64,000 nucleotides of DNA from Trueperaceae bacterium. Lineage in GTDB: Bacteria > Deinococcota > Deinococci > Deinococcales > Trueperaceae. The translations under genes were made by a program, and so were the position numbers. This document shows positions 9,556 through 24,014 of the stretch, one piece after another. Location of the stretch: assembly GCA_034521815.1 (NCBI GenBank), contig JAXHLW010000013.1:768001-832000 (forward strand), read 5' to 3'. Below the pieces are notes generated by a model that did no database searches, had not been told where the DNA came from, and was given only the letters and a program-made list of their open reading frames with translations. Position 1 is the stretch's first letter; each line of letters begins with the position of its first letter.

Positions 9556-9978
9556 ATGACGCAGCACCCCTCGCCCGAGACGCCGGGCGACGAGAAGAAG
9601 GTCCAGGCGCGCGGAAAGCGTTCCGCTCAGAAGCCCGTCGGCGACGCCACGAACGTTGCCGACGGCGCGCTGTCCACGCTCATCGGCCTCGCCGCTCACG
9701 AGGTGCCCGGCGTCGTGGGCATGGCGCCGACCAGCCTGGGCGAGGGGATCCGTCGCATTCTGGGCGTGTCGCAAGCGGACGAGGGGGTCGAGATCGAGCG
9801 GTCGGACGAGGCGCCCGATCGACCCGACGTCGTGCTCCACGTCGTCGTCGCGTACGGGGTGAACATCCCCGTGGTCGCCGAGTCCGTCATGGAACGCGTC
9901 CGCTACGCGGCGCGGCATTACGGCGGCGTCGAGGTGCGCGAGGTGAAGGTGCACGTCGCCGGGGTGTCCCGTGGCTGA
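9556..9978 (+). CDS. Asp23/Gls24 family protein (YloU-like)
   Basis: AAHEVPGVVGM, VVVAYGVNIP, VKVHVAGV; AGGAGG SD. Confidence 0.9.
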   Translation: MTQHPSPETPGDEKKVQARGKRSAQKPVGDATNVADGALSTLIGLAAHEVPGVVGMAPTSLGEGIRRILGVSQADEGVEIERSDEAPDRPDVVLHVVVAYGVNIPVVAESVMERVRYAARHYGGVEVREVKVHVAGVSRG

Positions 9979-11578
9979 GGCCACCGACGGCTCTCCGAAC
10001 GTTCTGACCGCTCCCGACCTGGCCGACGCGTTCGCCTTCGCGACCGACTGGCTGGGCGTTCACATCGAAGAGGTCAACGCGCTGAACGTCTACCCGGTCC
10101 CGGACGGCGACACCGGCACGAACATGCACCTGACGATGCAGAGCGTCCGGCGTCAGATCGAGGGCGAAGCGCCGCGGACGATGGACCGTCTGGCGCACGC
10201 CCTCTCGTACGGCTCGCTGCTGGGCGCGCGCGGCAACTCGGGCGTGATCCTGAGCCAGATCCTCAAGGGATTCGCGGCAGCGATCCGCAAGCGTCGCAGC
10301 CTCGACGCGGACGGACTCCGAGACGCGCTGTCGAAGGCGACGGAGAGCGCCTACGCAGCGGTGATGAAGCCGGTCGAGGGGACGATCCTCACGGTCTGCC
10401 GAGCGATGAGCGAGCACGCGGCCAAGCGAGGCGGACCGGCGCGGCCGCTGGAGCTGCTGACCGCGACGGTGGCCGCGGGGCACGAGGCCCTCGCGAAGAC
10501 GCCGGAGCAGCTTCCGATGCTCAAGCAGGCCGGCGTGGTGGACGCGGGGGGCCTCGGCCTGCTGCGCATGCTGGACGGCGTGGTGGCGCACTACGAGGGT
10601 CGCGACCTGCCGCCGCCTCCGAAGGTCGAGCATCACGCCCAGGAACAGTTCGAGGAGGAGGCGTTCGGGTTCTGCACCGAGTTCCTGCTCTCGGACGTGA
10701 CCGTGTCGACGAAGGAGATCCAGGATCTGGTCGAGCCGTACGGCGACTCGCTGCTGGTCGTGGGCGCCGAAGGCTACGTCAAGGGGCACATCCATACCGA
10801 GGAGCCCGAGCGGCTCCTGGCCGAGGTCGGGCAGTACGGCCGGATGGTGCGCTCCAAGGTCGAGGACATGAGCGAGCAGCACAGCGAGATCCTCGCGAAC
10901 GTCGAGCTGGGAGAGGCCGAGGCGCCCACCGTGGCGCTCGTCGCGGTGAGCGACGGCTACGGCGTGACCAACGTGTTCCGCAGCCTGGGCGCGCGGGTCG
11001 TGGGCGGGGGACAGACCAACAACCCTTCGGTGCAGGACATCGCCGACGCGGTCCGTTCGGTCGGCGCCCAGACCGTGATCGTGATGCCCAACAACAAGAA
11101 CATCGTCATGGCCGCCGATCGCGTCATGGAGCTCGTCCCGGATCGCGACGTGCGGGTGCTGCCCACGAAGACGCTGGGGCAGGGGTTGGCCGCCGCGGTG
11201 CTGTTCCGCGACAACGCCGATCCCGACTCGCTGATGTCCGAGATGCAGGAGGCGGCCGAGGCGGCCGTCACGCTCGAGGTCACCACCGCCAGTCGCGACG
11301 CCACGATCGACGAGGTCAGCGTCGAGGAGGGCCAGTTCATCGGCCTCGCCGAGGGCAAGCTCCGGACCAGCGGCGACGAGCCCGAGCAGGTGCTCCGCAC
11401 CCTCGTCGACCAGGTCGGCGAGGACGCCGAGATCGGAACGCTGTTCTACTCCTCCGTCATCGATGCAGCCCGCGCCAAGAAGGTCGCCGAGGCGCTGATG
11501 GAGGAGCACGACGGCCTCGAGGTCGAGGTGCACGCCGGGGCTCCGGACCTGTACCCGTTCCTGATGGTGCTCGAATAG
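9971..11578 (+). CDS. fakA: DAK2-domain fatty acid kinase catalytic subunit (YloV/FakA)
   Basis: NALNVYPVPDGDTGTNM, GARGNSG, GVVDAGG, FCTEF, HIHT, GGQTNNPS. Confidence 0.92.
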   Translation: MAEATDGSPNVLTAPDLADAFAFATDWLGVHIEEVNALNVYPVPDGDTGTNMHLTMQSVRRQIEGEAPRTMDRLAHALSYGSLLGARGNSGVILSQILKGFAAAIRKRRSLDADGLRDALSKATESAYAAVMKPVEGTILTVCRAMSEHAAKRGGPARPLELLTATVAAGHEALAKTPEQLPMLKQAGVVDAGGLGLLRMLDGVVAHYEGRDLPPPPKVEHHAQEQFEEEAFGFCTEFLLSDVTVSTKEIQDLVEPYGDSLLVVGAEGYVKGHIHTEEPERLLAEVGQYGRMVRSKVEDMSEQHSEILANVELGEAEAPTVALVAVSDGYGVTNVFRSLGARVVGGGQTNNPSVQDIADAVRSVGAQTVIVMPNNKNIVMAADRVMELVPDRDVRVLPTKTLGQGLAAAVLFRDNADPDSLMSEMQEAAEAAVTLEVTTASRDATIDEVSVEEGQFIGLAEGKLRTSGDEPEQVLRTLVDQVGEDAEIGTLFYSSVIDAARAKKVAEALMEEHDGLEVEVHAGAPDLYPFLMVLE

Positions 11579-11641
11579 CCGCGCAGTCCGCTGCGCGTCG
11601 GGACGCGCGTCCGTGGACGAGGATGATGAACGCGCCGTGAA

Positions 11642-11669
11642 GACGGAGTGGCAGCTGCGTCACTCCGTC
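11642..11669. terminator. inverted repeat after fakA (terminator or operator)
   Basis: GACGGAGTG/CACTCCGTC arms; TATGCT -10 just downstream. Confidence 0.4.
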
Positions 11670-11706
11670 GCGACGTTTCCCGCTATGCTCGACGACAAGG
11701 AGGTTC

Positions 11707-12525
11707 ATGATGACGAGATTCTTCTACCTGCTTTCGGCCGCCGCCATCGCCGCGGTTCTGGGTGCCTGCACCGTGACCTTGTCCATCACCGACCAGGTGG
11801 ACAGGACCGTCGCGGCCGGCGCCTTCACGGGCGCTGACCTGGCCGCTGCAGCCCCCGCCGACGACGTCACACTGGGCGCCGGCGAGTCGATCATCTACCG
11901 TGTGAACGTGCCCAGCACGTCGGCCGACGCGCTGTACCTGTACCTGGACGCGGAACTGGACCTGTACGTGTACCGCGACTCGGGCAGCCTCTACGCGACC
12001 AGCGCCAGCGCCGATTTCTTCGCCGGTGGGAGTGCTGGGCTGGCCGTGTCGGCGACCGGAGCCACGCTCTCGCCGACGGACGTTTCGGCGAACCTCGCCT
12101 GCCCAGGTAGCTGCGTGATCCTCCCCAGCGGCACCAGCGATCCGGTCTACGTGCGCATCCGCAACACCTCTTCGTCCGATCGGAGCGTGTCGTTCTACGC
12201 TGCGCTGCGTGATTTCGAGGACACCTCGGAAGCGACCAGCGGCCTCGACGCCCTCGAGGTCGGTGTCACGACTGGTGCGCTCGAGACGCTTAGCGACGTC
12301 GACGCGTACGAAGTGCAGACGCCCGGCACGCTCTACTTCGACGGAACCCTCGATGCGGGAATCGTGTTCGAGGCCGAGATCACCGATCCGATCTACGGTA
12401 CGACACGCGTCCTGTCGAGCGGAGACTCCGCCGCGGTGTTGGATTTCGAGGAGGTCCGCGTCTACGCGGTGAACGACCGCGCCGCCGTGTCCGGCAAGAG
12501 CCTGTACTTCCTCGAGCTCCAGTAG
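11707..12525 (+). CDS. hypothetical lipoprotein, beta-rich
   Basis: lipobox VLGA-C, AAGGAGG SD, Ser/Thr/Tyr-rich mature region. Confidence 0.8.
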   Translation: MMTRFFYLLSAAAIAAVLGACTVTLSITDQVDRTVAAGAFTGADLAAAAPADDVTLGAGESIIYRVNVPSTSADALYLYLDAELDLYVYRDSGSLYATSASADFFAGGSAGLAVSATGATLSPTDVSANLACPGSCVILPSGTSDPVYVRIRNTSSSDRSVSFYAALRDFEDTSEATSGLDALEVGVTTGALETLSDVDAYEVQTPGTLYFDGTLDAGIVFEAEITDPIYGTTRVLSSGDSAAVLDFEEVRVYAVNDRAAVSGKSLYFLELQ

Positions 12526-12556
12526 TCGATCCGAGCGCTGTGCGGCTCGCGATCAT

Positions 12557-12586
12557 CGGCGCCACCGTTCCCATGCGGTGGCGCCG
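12557..12586. terminator. 11-bp hairpin after the lipoprotein gene
   Basis: CGGCGCCACCG/CGGTGGCGCCG; no U tract. Confidence 0.45.
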
Positions 12587-12608
12587 CGCTCGATGCGTGG
12601 TCGTCAGG

Positions 12609-13421
12609 ATGAAGACGTGCATCGTTGCGTGTCTCGTAGCACTGTCTTCGTCCGGCGCTGCGGCGTCGGCGTGCGCGTTCGCAACCGAGCCGAGCGTGCG
12701 GGACGCGTTGGCCAGCATCGAAGGCCCGTTGCCGGCGCTTCCTGAGCTGGCCGCGTCGGACCCGGCGCGAACGCTGCTGCAGGACCCGTCGCGTCGAAGC
12801 GAAGGCGACGCCGTCGATCCCGAGATCGCGGCGGGCCAGGTGTACGGCGTGCCGTGGCCCGCGGTCGCCGAAGATCACGCGCCGACGGCGCAGGCGGTCG
12901 CCGCCTGGGCGCAGGCCGCCTCGCGCTCGGTCAGCGCCTACGGCGTGTTCGTGCACGATCGCTCGCTGGGCGCGATCGTCGCGGCCGGCACCTACTGGAC
13001 CAGCCCGCTTGTCGATCGCCTCGAGGTCACCCGGCTGGCCGCGCCCTGGCCCGGCGCGATGCCGAACGCACGGCTGCTGGCCACGTCGGGATCGTGTCGG
13101 GTCACCGTGCGCACCTGGCTGGAGCTGCCGGTCGAGCTGGTGGAGGAGATGACGGCGCTGGACGACGAGACCGACGCGAGCGCCAGCGTCTACCTCGTGG
13201 CGAACGTGCCGGGCGGCGACCCCGCACGAAGCTGGATCGACCTGGACGAGCTGTTGGACGCCGTCACGTTCGACCACCCCGCCACGCGCGACGCCACGTC
13301 GTTCTACCTCTGGTTCGTGGGCCCGAGCGCGAACCCGGTCACGCTGGCCCGTGCGCTCCCGCGGGTCCGCAGCAATTTGGGGCCCCGCGCCCTGTGGGGC
13401 CTGGTGCAGGACCTGCGCTAG
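12609..13421 (+). CDS. hypothetical secreted protein
   Basis: MKTCIVACLVALSSSGAAASA signal-like N terminus; normal codon pattern; no recognised family. Confidence 0.6.
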   Translation: MKTCIVACLVALSSSGAAASACAFATEPSVRDALASIEGPLPALPELAASDPARTLLQDPSRRSEGDAVDPEIAAGQVYGVPWPAVAEDHAPTAQAVAAWAQAASRSVSAYGVFVHDRSLGAIVAAGTYWTSPLVDRLEVTRLAAPWPGAMPNARLLATSGSCRVTVRTWLELPVELVEEMTALDDETDASASVYLVANVPGGDPARSWIDLDELLDAVTFDHPATRDATSFYLWFVGPSANPVTLARALPRVRSNLGPRALWGLVQDLR

Positions 13422-14410
13422 CCGCTCGCGATCGCCGCTCGGATGGCGTCCCGCATCGCTCGCGTCGCGGCGGCCGCCTCGCGCGGCGGATCGTCGCCGT
13501 CACGGTAGGTGAGGCTCCGGCTGGCCGACACGACCGCTCCGAGCCCGTCGGCGTCGAACGCGGCGCGCACGCCTTCGGCGCTGGCGCCCTGCGCGCCGTA
13601 GCCGGGGACCAGCAGAATCGAGTGGGGAAGACGGCGACGCAGCGACGCCAGGCGCTCCGGCACGGTGCCGCCCACGACCGCGCCCAGCGGGCCGTAGCCA
13701 TGGGCGTCCACGCCCGCCTCGCGCGCCCGCTCGGTCAGCAGGTCGGCCAGCCGGTCGGCGACCGTCACCGCGCCCGTGCCGGTGTCGGCCAGCGCCAGCT
13801 CCTGCAGGTCGGCGCCGCCGGGGTTGCTGGTCCGAACCAGCACGAACACGCCGCGGTGCTCCCGCTGGGCGGCCAAGACGAACGGCTCGATCGCGTCCAT
13901 GCCCAGGTACGGCTGCACCGTCAGCGCGTCGGCGGCGAACACCCCGCCTCCGAGGTAGGCGTCGGCGTACGCCTCGGCGGTCGAGCCGACGTCGCCCCGC
14001 TTGGCGTCCAGGATCACGGGGATGTCGCGCTCGCGAGCGTCGGCCAGCAGCTGCGCCATGCCGATCAGGCCGGGCACGCCCATCCGCTCGAAGAACGCGC
14101 TCTGGAGCTTGACGCAGGCGAGGTCGTCGGCCGCCGCGTCGATGAGGTCGCGGAAGTACACGACCACGGCCTTGGCCACCTTGGCGGGGTCGCCGGCGTG
14201 GCTTGCGGGGTGCGTCGAGGGGTGCAGGTCCGGGCGAGGATCGATGCCCATGCAGACGTGCGTGCCCAGCGCCTCCATGCGGGCATGGAGGCGCTGGGCG
14301 AACGGCGCGGTCGGAGCAGACCCGGAGCCGCCGCCCGGCAGGTCGTCCTGGCCGTCCCCGTCCCGATCGCGGGCGAGGTGCGCGGCCGTGTGGCCCGCGG
14401 CGTGGTCCAC
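13418..14410 (-). CDS. pyrF: orotidine-5'-phosphate decarboxylase
   Basis: CMGIDP, KLQSAFFE, ILDAKRGDVGST, RTSNPG, LVPGYGAQG; start uncertain (14410 or later). Confidence 0.93.
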   Translation of the reverse strand: MDHAAGHTAAHLARDRDGDGQDDLPGGGSGSAPTAPFAQRLHARMEALGTHVCMGIDPRPDLHPSTHPASHAGDPAKVAKAVVVYFRDLIDAAADDLACVKLQSAFFERMGVPGLIGMAQLLADARERDIPVILDAKRGDVGSTAEAYADAYLGGGVFAADALTVQPYLGMDAIEPFVLAAQREHRGVFVLVRTSNPGGADLQELALADTGTGAVTVADRLADLLTERAREAGVDAHGYGPLGAVVGGTVPERLASLRRRLPHSILLVPGYGAQGASAEGVRAAFDADGLGAVVSASRSLTYRDGDDPPREAAAATRAMRDAIRAAIASG

Positions 14411-14411
14411 C

Positions 14412-17227
<2,816 letters not shown>

Positions 17228-17356
17228 GGTTCGGGTGAGTCTCCCTCCGCGGTTCGGCGGCCGCCGGGGTCGCCGGGCGTCGCCGGGGGCCGCATCGGCC
17301 GGTGCGGCCGCGTCGTCGCAATAGTCCGAGTCTAGCACCGGCATGGCGACGTTCCG

Positions 17357-17926
17357 TCAGCCACAGGACCGCGCCAGCACGGCGATCCTGGTCAGGGCGT
17401 TGGAGCCGTACCGACGCACCGACGGCGCGTCGTGCACCCCGCCCGGGTCCAGCACGGCGGCCAACGCAGGCGCCAGGTCCAGGCCGCTGGGGTGCTGGAA
17501 CACGTACACGCCGCCGGGCCGGGCAGGACCGTGGCGAACGATCTCCGCGAAGATCGCGCCGAGGTCCAGGGGGTAGGGCGGCGCAGCGAAGACCACCTCG
17601 TACCGTCCGGGTCGCGTGCGCGCGACCTTCAGCGCGTCGCCCTGGACGATCTCGGCCCGCACGCCCAGTCGCCCGGCGTTGCGGCGGAGAACCCCCGCCG
17701 CGGCGGCGTCCAGCTCGACCAACGTGGCGGGGAAGCCGCGACTGGCCGCCTCGAGCCCCACGGCACCCGAGCCGGCGTACAGATCGAGGAACGGCCCGCG
17801 CTCCCGGAACTGCAGCGCGTCGAACAGCGCCTCGCGCAGCCGCGACGGGCTGGGGCGCGTCCCGCGGGCGGGCGTGTCCAACGTCATGCCCTTCGCGCTG
17901 CCTGCGAGGATGCGCGGCTTCGACAT
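17357..17926 (-). CDS. rsmD: 16S rRNA m2G966 methyltransferase RsmD family
   Basis: RILAG..KG, TRPSPSRLREALF, LDLYAGSGAVGLEAASRG, APPY. Confidence 0.9.
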   Translation of the reverse strand: MSKPRILAGSAKGMTLDTPARGTRPSPSRLREALFDALQFRERGPFLDLYAGSGAVGLEAASRGFPATLVELDAAAAGVLRRNAGRLGVRAEIVQGDALKVARTRPGRYEVVFAAPPYPLDLGAIFAEIVRHGPARPGGVYVFQHPSGLDLAPALAAVLDPGGVHDAPSVRRYGSNALTRIAVLARSCG

Positions 17927-18002
17927 GGCGGCATGGTCGCACGAAGACGGCGCGCACGCGCACGAACCCGAGGCGGCCGAGTCCCGCGGTAGAGTGCCGC
18001 TC

Positions 18003-18891
18003 GTGATTCGCGCCCTGGCCCCCGACGAGCTCGTGTGGTTTCTGGCGCGGGCGTTGGCCTTCCAGGGCCACGGAGACCCGATGGGGCTGGCGCAACGCCT
18101 CGCGCCCAGCTTGAAGAACGCCCGGCGCGACGGCCAGCGCACGTTCGTGTGGCTGGGCGCCGACGGGCCTCCCCGCGCCGGCGCCCATTTCCGCGCACCC
18201 GACCCGGACGACGACGCCCGCACCGCCCGGCTGGGCCCGCTGTGGCACGACGGCGACGAAACCGAGGCGCGGGCGTTCATCCACGGGGCTGCTGGGCACG
18301 ACGCCCCACGACGCCGTCGAGGTGCGCCTGGACGGCGTGCCGGCCGCGGCGCGCGACCGGCTCGCCAGCTGGCTCGGACCGCTGGGCTTCGAGCCGACCG
18401 AGCGAATCCGGATGCGCTTCCTGCTCGCGGACACGCCGCCGCTGGGTCGACCGCTGTCGCTGGACGCCTGGACGGCCGAGACGGACGCCGCGTTCCGCGA
18501 GCTCTACCTGGCCGCCGAGGGCGAGGCCGGGGGCGGACCGCGCTGGTCGTGGCTCAAGCGCCAGGGCGGCCGTTTCCGTCCCGACCTCTGGTTCCTCGCC
18601 CGGCCCGCGCCGGACCAGGAGCCGATCGGCTACGCGTTCTGTCACGGCGACGATGCGCTCGACGCACGCTACCGGCTGGTCGCCGTGGGCGTGCTGCCGG
18701 AGCATCGCGGCTCGACGGAGATGGTCCGTCGCCTGGTGCTGACGACGCTTCTCGAGCTCGCGGCACGGAGCCCGTTCGGCTCGGTCGACGTGCAGGCGGA
18801 CGTGCACGACCCGAAGCTGGTCCGGATCCTGCAGTCGCTGGGGTTCGACGACCTGGGGCACGAGCCCCGCTTGGAGCGTCGCCCCGACTGA
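18003..18891 (+). CDS. hypothetical tandem GNAT-like protein, interrupted by an extra G at ~18285-18288
   Basis: MIRAL.. N terminus; removing one G of GGGG joins ORF 17616 to ORF 18322; IGYAF and VGVLPEHRG motifs. Confidence 0.6.
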
Positions 18892-18922
18892 GCCACGACG
18901 TCGGCCACGACGCCGGCCACGA
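18892..18922. repeat. tandem 12-mer GCCACGACGYCG x2.6
   Basis: units at 18892, 18904, 18916. Confidence 0.7.
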
Positions 18923-18982
18923 TCCTGCCGGCTCCGTCGTTCGTCGGAGGACGACGGCACGCCGGCTTGCTACGCTCGCGTC

Positions 18983-19345
18983 ATGAACCTACTCATTCGC
19001 TGGGCGCTGAACGCGCTGGCCCTCTGGCTCACCGTGCAGCTCGACATCGGCGTCTCCATGGCGACGTCGGGCCTCGGACCGCTGCTGATCTCGGCCCTGG
19101 TGCTGGGGCTCGTGAACGCGATCATTCGACCGATCATGGTGCTGCTGACGCTGCCGCTCACCGTGCTGACGCTGGGCCTGTTCCTGCTGGTCGTGAACGC
19201 GTTGGCCCTGGGGGTCGTGGCCGCGCTGACGCCCGTCCAGCTGTCCGGCTTCGGCGGCGCGGTTCTCGGGGCGCTGGTCCTGACGATCATCAGCACCCTG
19301 CTGTCGCGGCTGTTCCGCGACGAGAAGGGAATCGTGCGGCGCTGA
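18983..19345 (+). CDS. YvlD-like 4-TM membrane protein (phage holin family 4_2)
   Basis: LGLVNAIIRP..LLTLPLT.LTLGLF..VVNA. Confidence 0.9.
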   Translation: MNLLIRWALNALALWLTVQLDIGVSMATSGLGPLLISALVLGLVNAIIRPIMVLLTLPLTVLTLGLFLLVVNALALGVVAALTPVQLSGFGGAVLGALVLTIISTLLSRLFRDEKGIVRR

Positions 19346-19370
19346 CCGTCTCGCCCCGGCAGGTACGTTC

Positions 19371-19401
19371 GAGCGCGCGCCGCCTGGGCGCGCGCTCTTT
19401 T
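19371..19401 (+). terminator. intrinsic terminator between the convergent yvlD-like gene and lon
   Basis: GAGCGCGCGCC-gcctg-GGCGCGCGCTC followed by TTTT. Confidence 0.7.
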
Positions 19402-19462
19402 GGCATGCATCGCTCGCTCGATCGCGCTGCGCGCCGGCGCGCACCGCGTCGGCGGACGTCGC

Positions 19463-21844
<2,382 letters not shown>

Positions 21845-21963
21845 GCCCGAGTAGACACCGCGCGCCCCCGGCGATCGGTAAGCCGGCTGACGTCGCCTGG
21901 GAGACGCAGTACCGTCGGAGACGGACGTTTCGAACGTGAGCCCGTCGACGAGCGACGACGTCC

Positions 21964-22815
21964 TCAGCCGGCGCGGAGCCGCTCGAGCGACGCCGCGTCG
22001 GCGCGCAGACCCATCGCGCGGGCCGTCCCCAGCAGCTCGCCAAGCGTCGTCCCTGTCGGCGACCGCGCCTCGTGCGCAGGCGACAGCTGCAGCGCGCGAA
22101 CCCGCGCACGAAGCGCCAGTGGGCGATGAGGCGCGGCATCGGCGGCCTTCGCGGCCTCTACCAGTCGAGCCGCGTCACGCTCGGCCAGGCCCAGGGCCAG
22201 AAGCGCGCGGGCGATCCCGGCCGGGTCGCGGACGCGCTGGGCGCGGCCGAGGGCACGCGAGGCCAGGGGCGCCGCCTTGGCCGGCGCGCGCCAGCCCAGG
22301 TGCGCGAGGGCGAGGCCCGCGAGGGGAACGACCGAGACCGCCTCCGACGTCGAGAACTCGCTGACGCCGAGCGCCTCGCCGAACGCCTCGACCGCGTCTC
22401 GCGGCCGTCCGAGGGCCAGCGCCGCCTCGCCCCGCACGCACGACGCCCCGATCTGGAGCGGTCCGTCCCGGTGGCGCCGCGCGAGCGCCGAGGCGTGCCC
22501 CGCCCGCCGCTCGCCCTCCGCCAGCGCCTCCGCGTCGCCTCGCCACACCAGCGCCGCCGCCAGCTGCAGCTCCAGGTAGCCGTCCTCCCAGCTGCCCAGG
22601 GCCTCATACAACACGCCCACGGCGTCGTCGATCCGGCCCAGGAAGATCCGCAGCTGCCCCAAGCGAGCGTGCAGGCGCGCGCGCTCGGCAGGGTCGAACC
22701 GCGATGCCTCTTCGAGCGCGCCGGCCAGGCGCGCCTCGGCGGCAGCCGGATCGGTGCCCCAGGTCCGGGCGACCTCGTCCAAAAGAAGCTTGGCACGCGC
22801 ATCGCTCGTCGCCAT
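21964..22815 (-). CDS. hypothetical TPR-like helical protein
   Basis: Ala/Leu/Arg helical repeats; ATG 7 nt after a TATCGT -10. Confidence 0.7.
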   Translation of the reverse strand: MATSDARAKLLLDEVARTWGTDPAAAEARLAGALEEASRFDPAERARLHARLGQLRIFLGRIDDAVGVLYEALGSWEDGYLELQLAAALVWRGDAEALAEGERRAGHASALARRHRDGPLQIGASCVRGEAALALGRPRDAVEAFGEALGVSEFSTSEAVSVVPLAGLALAHLGWRAPAKAAPLASRALGRAQRVRDPAGIARALLALGLAERDAARLVEAAKAADAAPHRPLALRARVRALQLSPAHEARSPTGTTLGELLGTARAMGLRADAASLERLRAG

Positions 22816-22861
22816 CGGGGCCACGATAGCGGGCTCCGCGCCGAAGCGGTAGCGTGGATGC

Positions 22862-24007
22862 GTGCGACGCATCGTTCATCTCGACGCCGACGCCTTCTAT
22901 GCGGCGGTCGAGCAGCGCGACCGACCCGAGCTGCGGGGACGGCCGATCGCGGTGGGCAGCGGCGCACGCCGCGGGGTGGTGATGACGGCCAGCTACGAGG
23001 CTCGGCGCTTCGGGGTGCGGAGCGCGATGCCCTCGGCGCAGGCGCTCCGGCTCTGCCCGGAGCTGCAGTTCGTGCCGGCACGCATGGACGCCTACGCCCA
23101 GGCGGGCCGCGCGCTGCTGGACCTGTACCGCTCCTACACCGACCTGGTGGAGCCGCTGGCGCTGGACGAGGCCTACCTCGACGTCAGCGATCCCAAGCGC
23201 GGCCCGGCCAGCGGAACGCGGATCGCCCAGGCGATCCGCCACGAGGCCGTCGTCGCGACCGGCCTGATCGTCTCGGCCGGCGTGTCGTACTGCAAGCTGC
23301 TGGCCAAGCTGGCCAGCGACGACGCGAAACCCGATGGGCTCCGCGTCGTTCCGCCAAACGAAGCAGGCGCGTTCCTGACGAGTCTCCCGGTTCGCAGGAT
23401 CCACGGCGTCGGCCCACGCACGGCGGAGCGACTGGCCCAGCTGGGGACCTACACGGCCGGTCAGCTAGGCGAGCAGGACCCCGCCGAGCTGGAGGCACGC
23501 TTCGGCAAGCTCGGCAGACACCTGTGGCTCATGGCGCGCGGCGAGGACGACCGACCGGTACGCCCCGACCGCGAGCGCAAGTCGGTGTCGTCCGAGACGA
23601 CGTTCGATCGCGACCGCGTCGGCGTCGCGGCGCTGCTCGAGGATCTCCCTGCCGTGTGCGCGTCCACCGCGCGGCGCGCCGGCCGGGCACGGGTCGCGGG
23701 GCGCGTCGTCGTCGTCAAGATCAAGGACGCCGATCACCGGATCGTCACGAGGCAGCGCCGCACGGCGCGCCCGGTCGCGAGCGCGGCCGAGCTGCGGACC
23801 GTCGCGGCCCAGCTGCTGCGCGAGCGGGTCCCCGTGGACCGACCGGTCCGTCTGCTGGGCGTCGGGCTCGCCGACCTGGTGCCCGAAGGAGCGCCCGAGA
23901 TCCAGCCGGCGCTGTTCCCGGGCCTCGTCGAGGTGGACGCCTCCTTCGACGTGTCGCACGCAGGCGCCACGCGCGCCTACCCTTCGGACGAGTCCGCCGC
24001 GAGCTAG
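22862..24007 (+). CDS. dinB: Y-family DNA polymerase IV
   Basis: HLDADAFYAAVE, ASYEARRFGV, LDEAYLD, KLLAKLASD..KPDG, RKSVSSETTF. Confidence 0.95.
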   Translation: MRRIVHLDADAFYAAVEQRDRPELRGRPIAVGSGARRGVVMTASYEARRFGVRSAMPSAQALRLCPELQFVPARMDAYAQAGRALLDLYRSYTDLVEPLALDEAYLDVSDPKRGPASGTRIAQAIRHEAVVATGLIVSAGVSYCKLLAKLASDDAKPDGLRVVPPNEAGAFLTSLPVRRIHGVGPRTAERLAQLGTYTAGQLGEQDPAELEARFGKLGRHLWLMARGEDDRPVRPDRERKSVSSETTFDRDRVGVAALLEDLPAVCASTARRAGRARVAGRVVVVKIKDADHRIVTRQRRTARPVASAAELRTVAAQLLRERVPVDRPVRLLGVGLADLVPEGAPEIQPALFPGLVEVDASFDVSHAGATRAYPSDESAAS

Positions 24008-24014
24008 CGCCGGG

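Noticed and set aside
18983-19345. Prophage lysis gene
   Set aside because: YvlD-type holin-family genes are common chromosomal genes, and no endolysin, integrase or structural genes are nearby.
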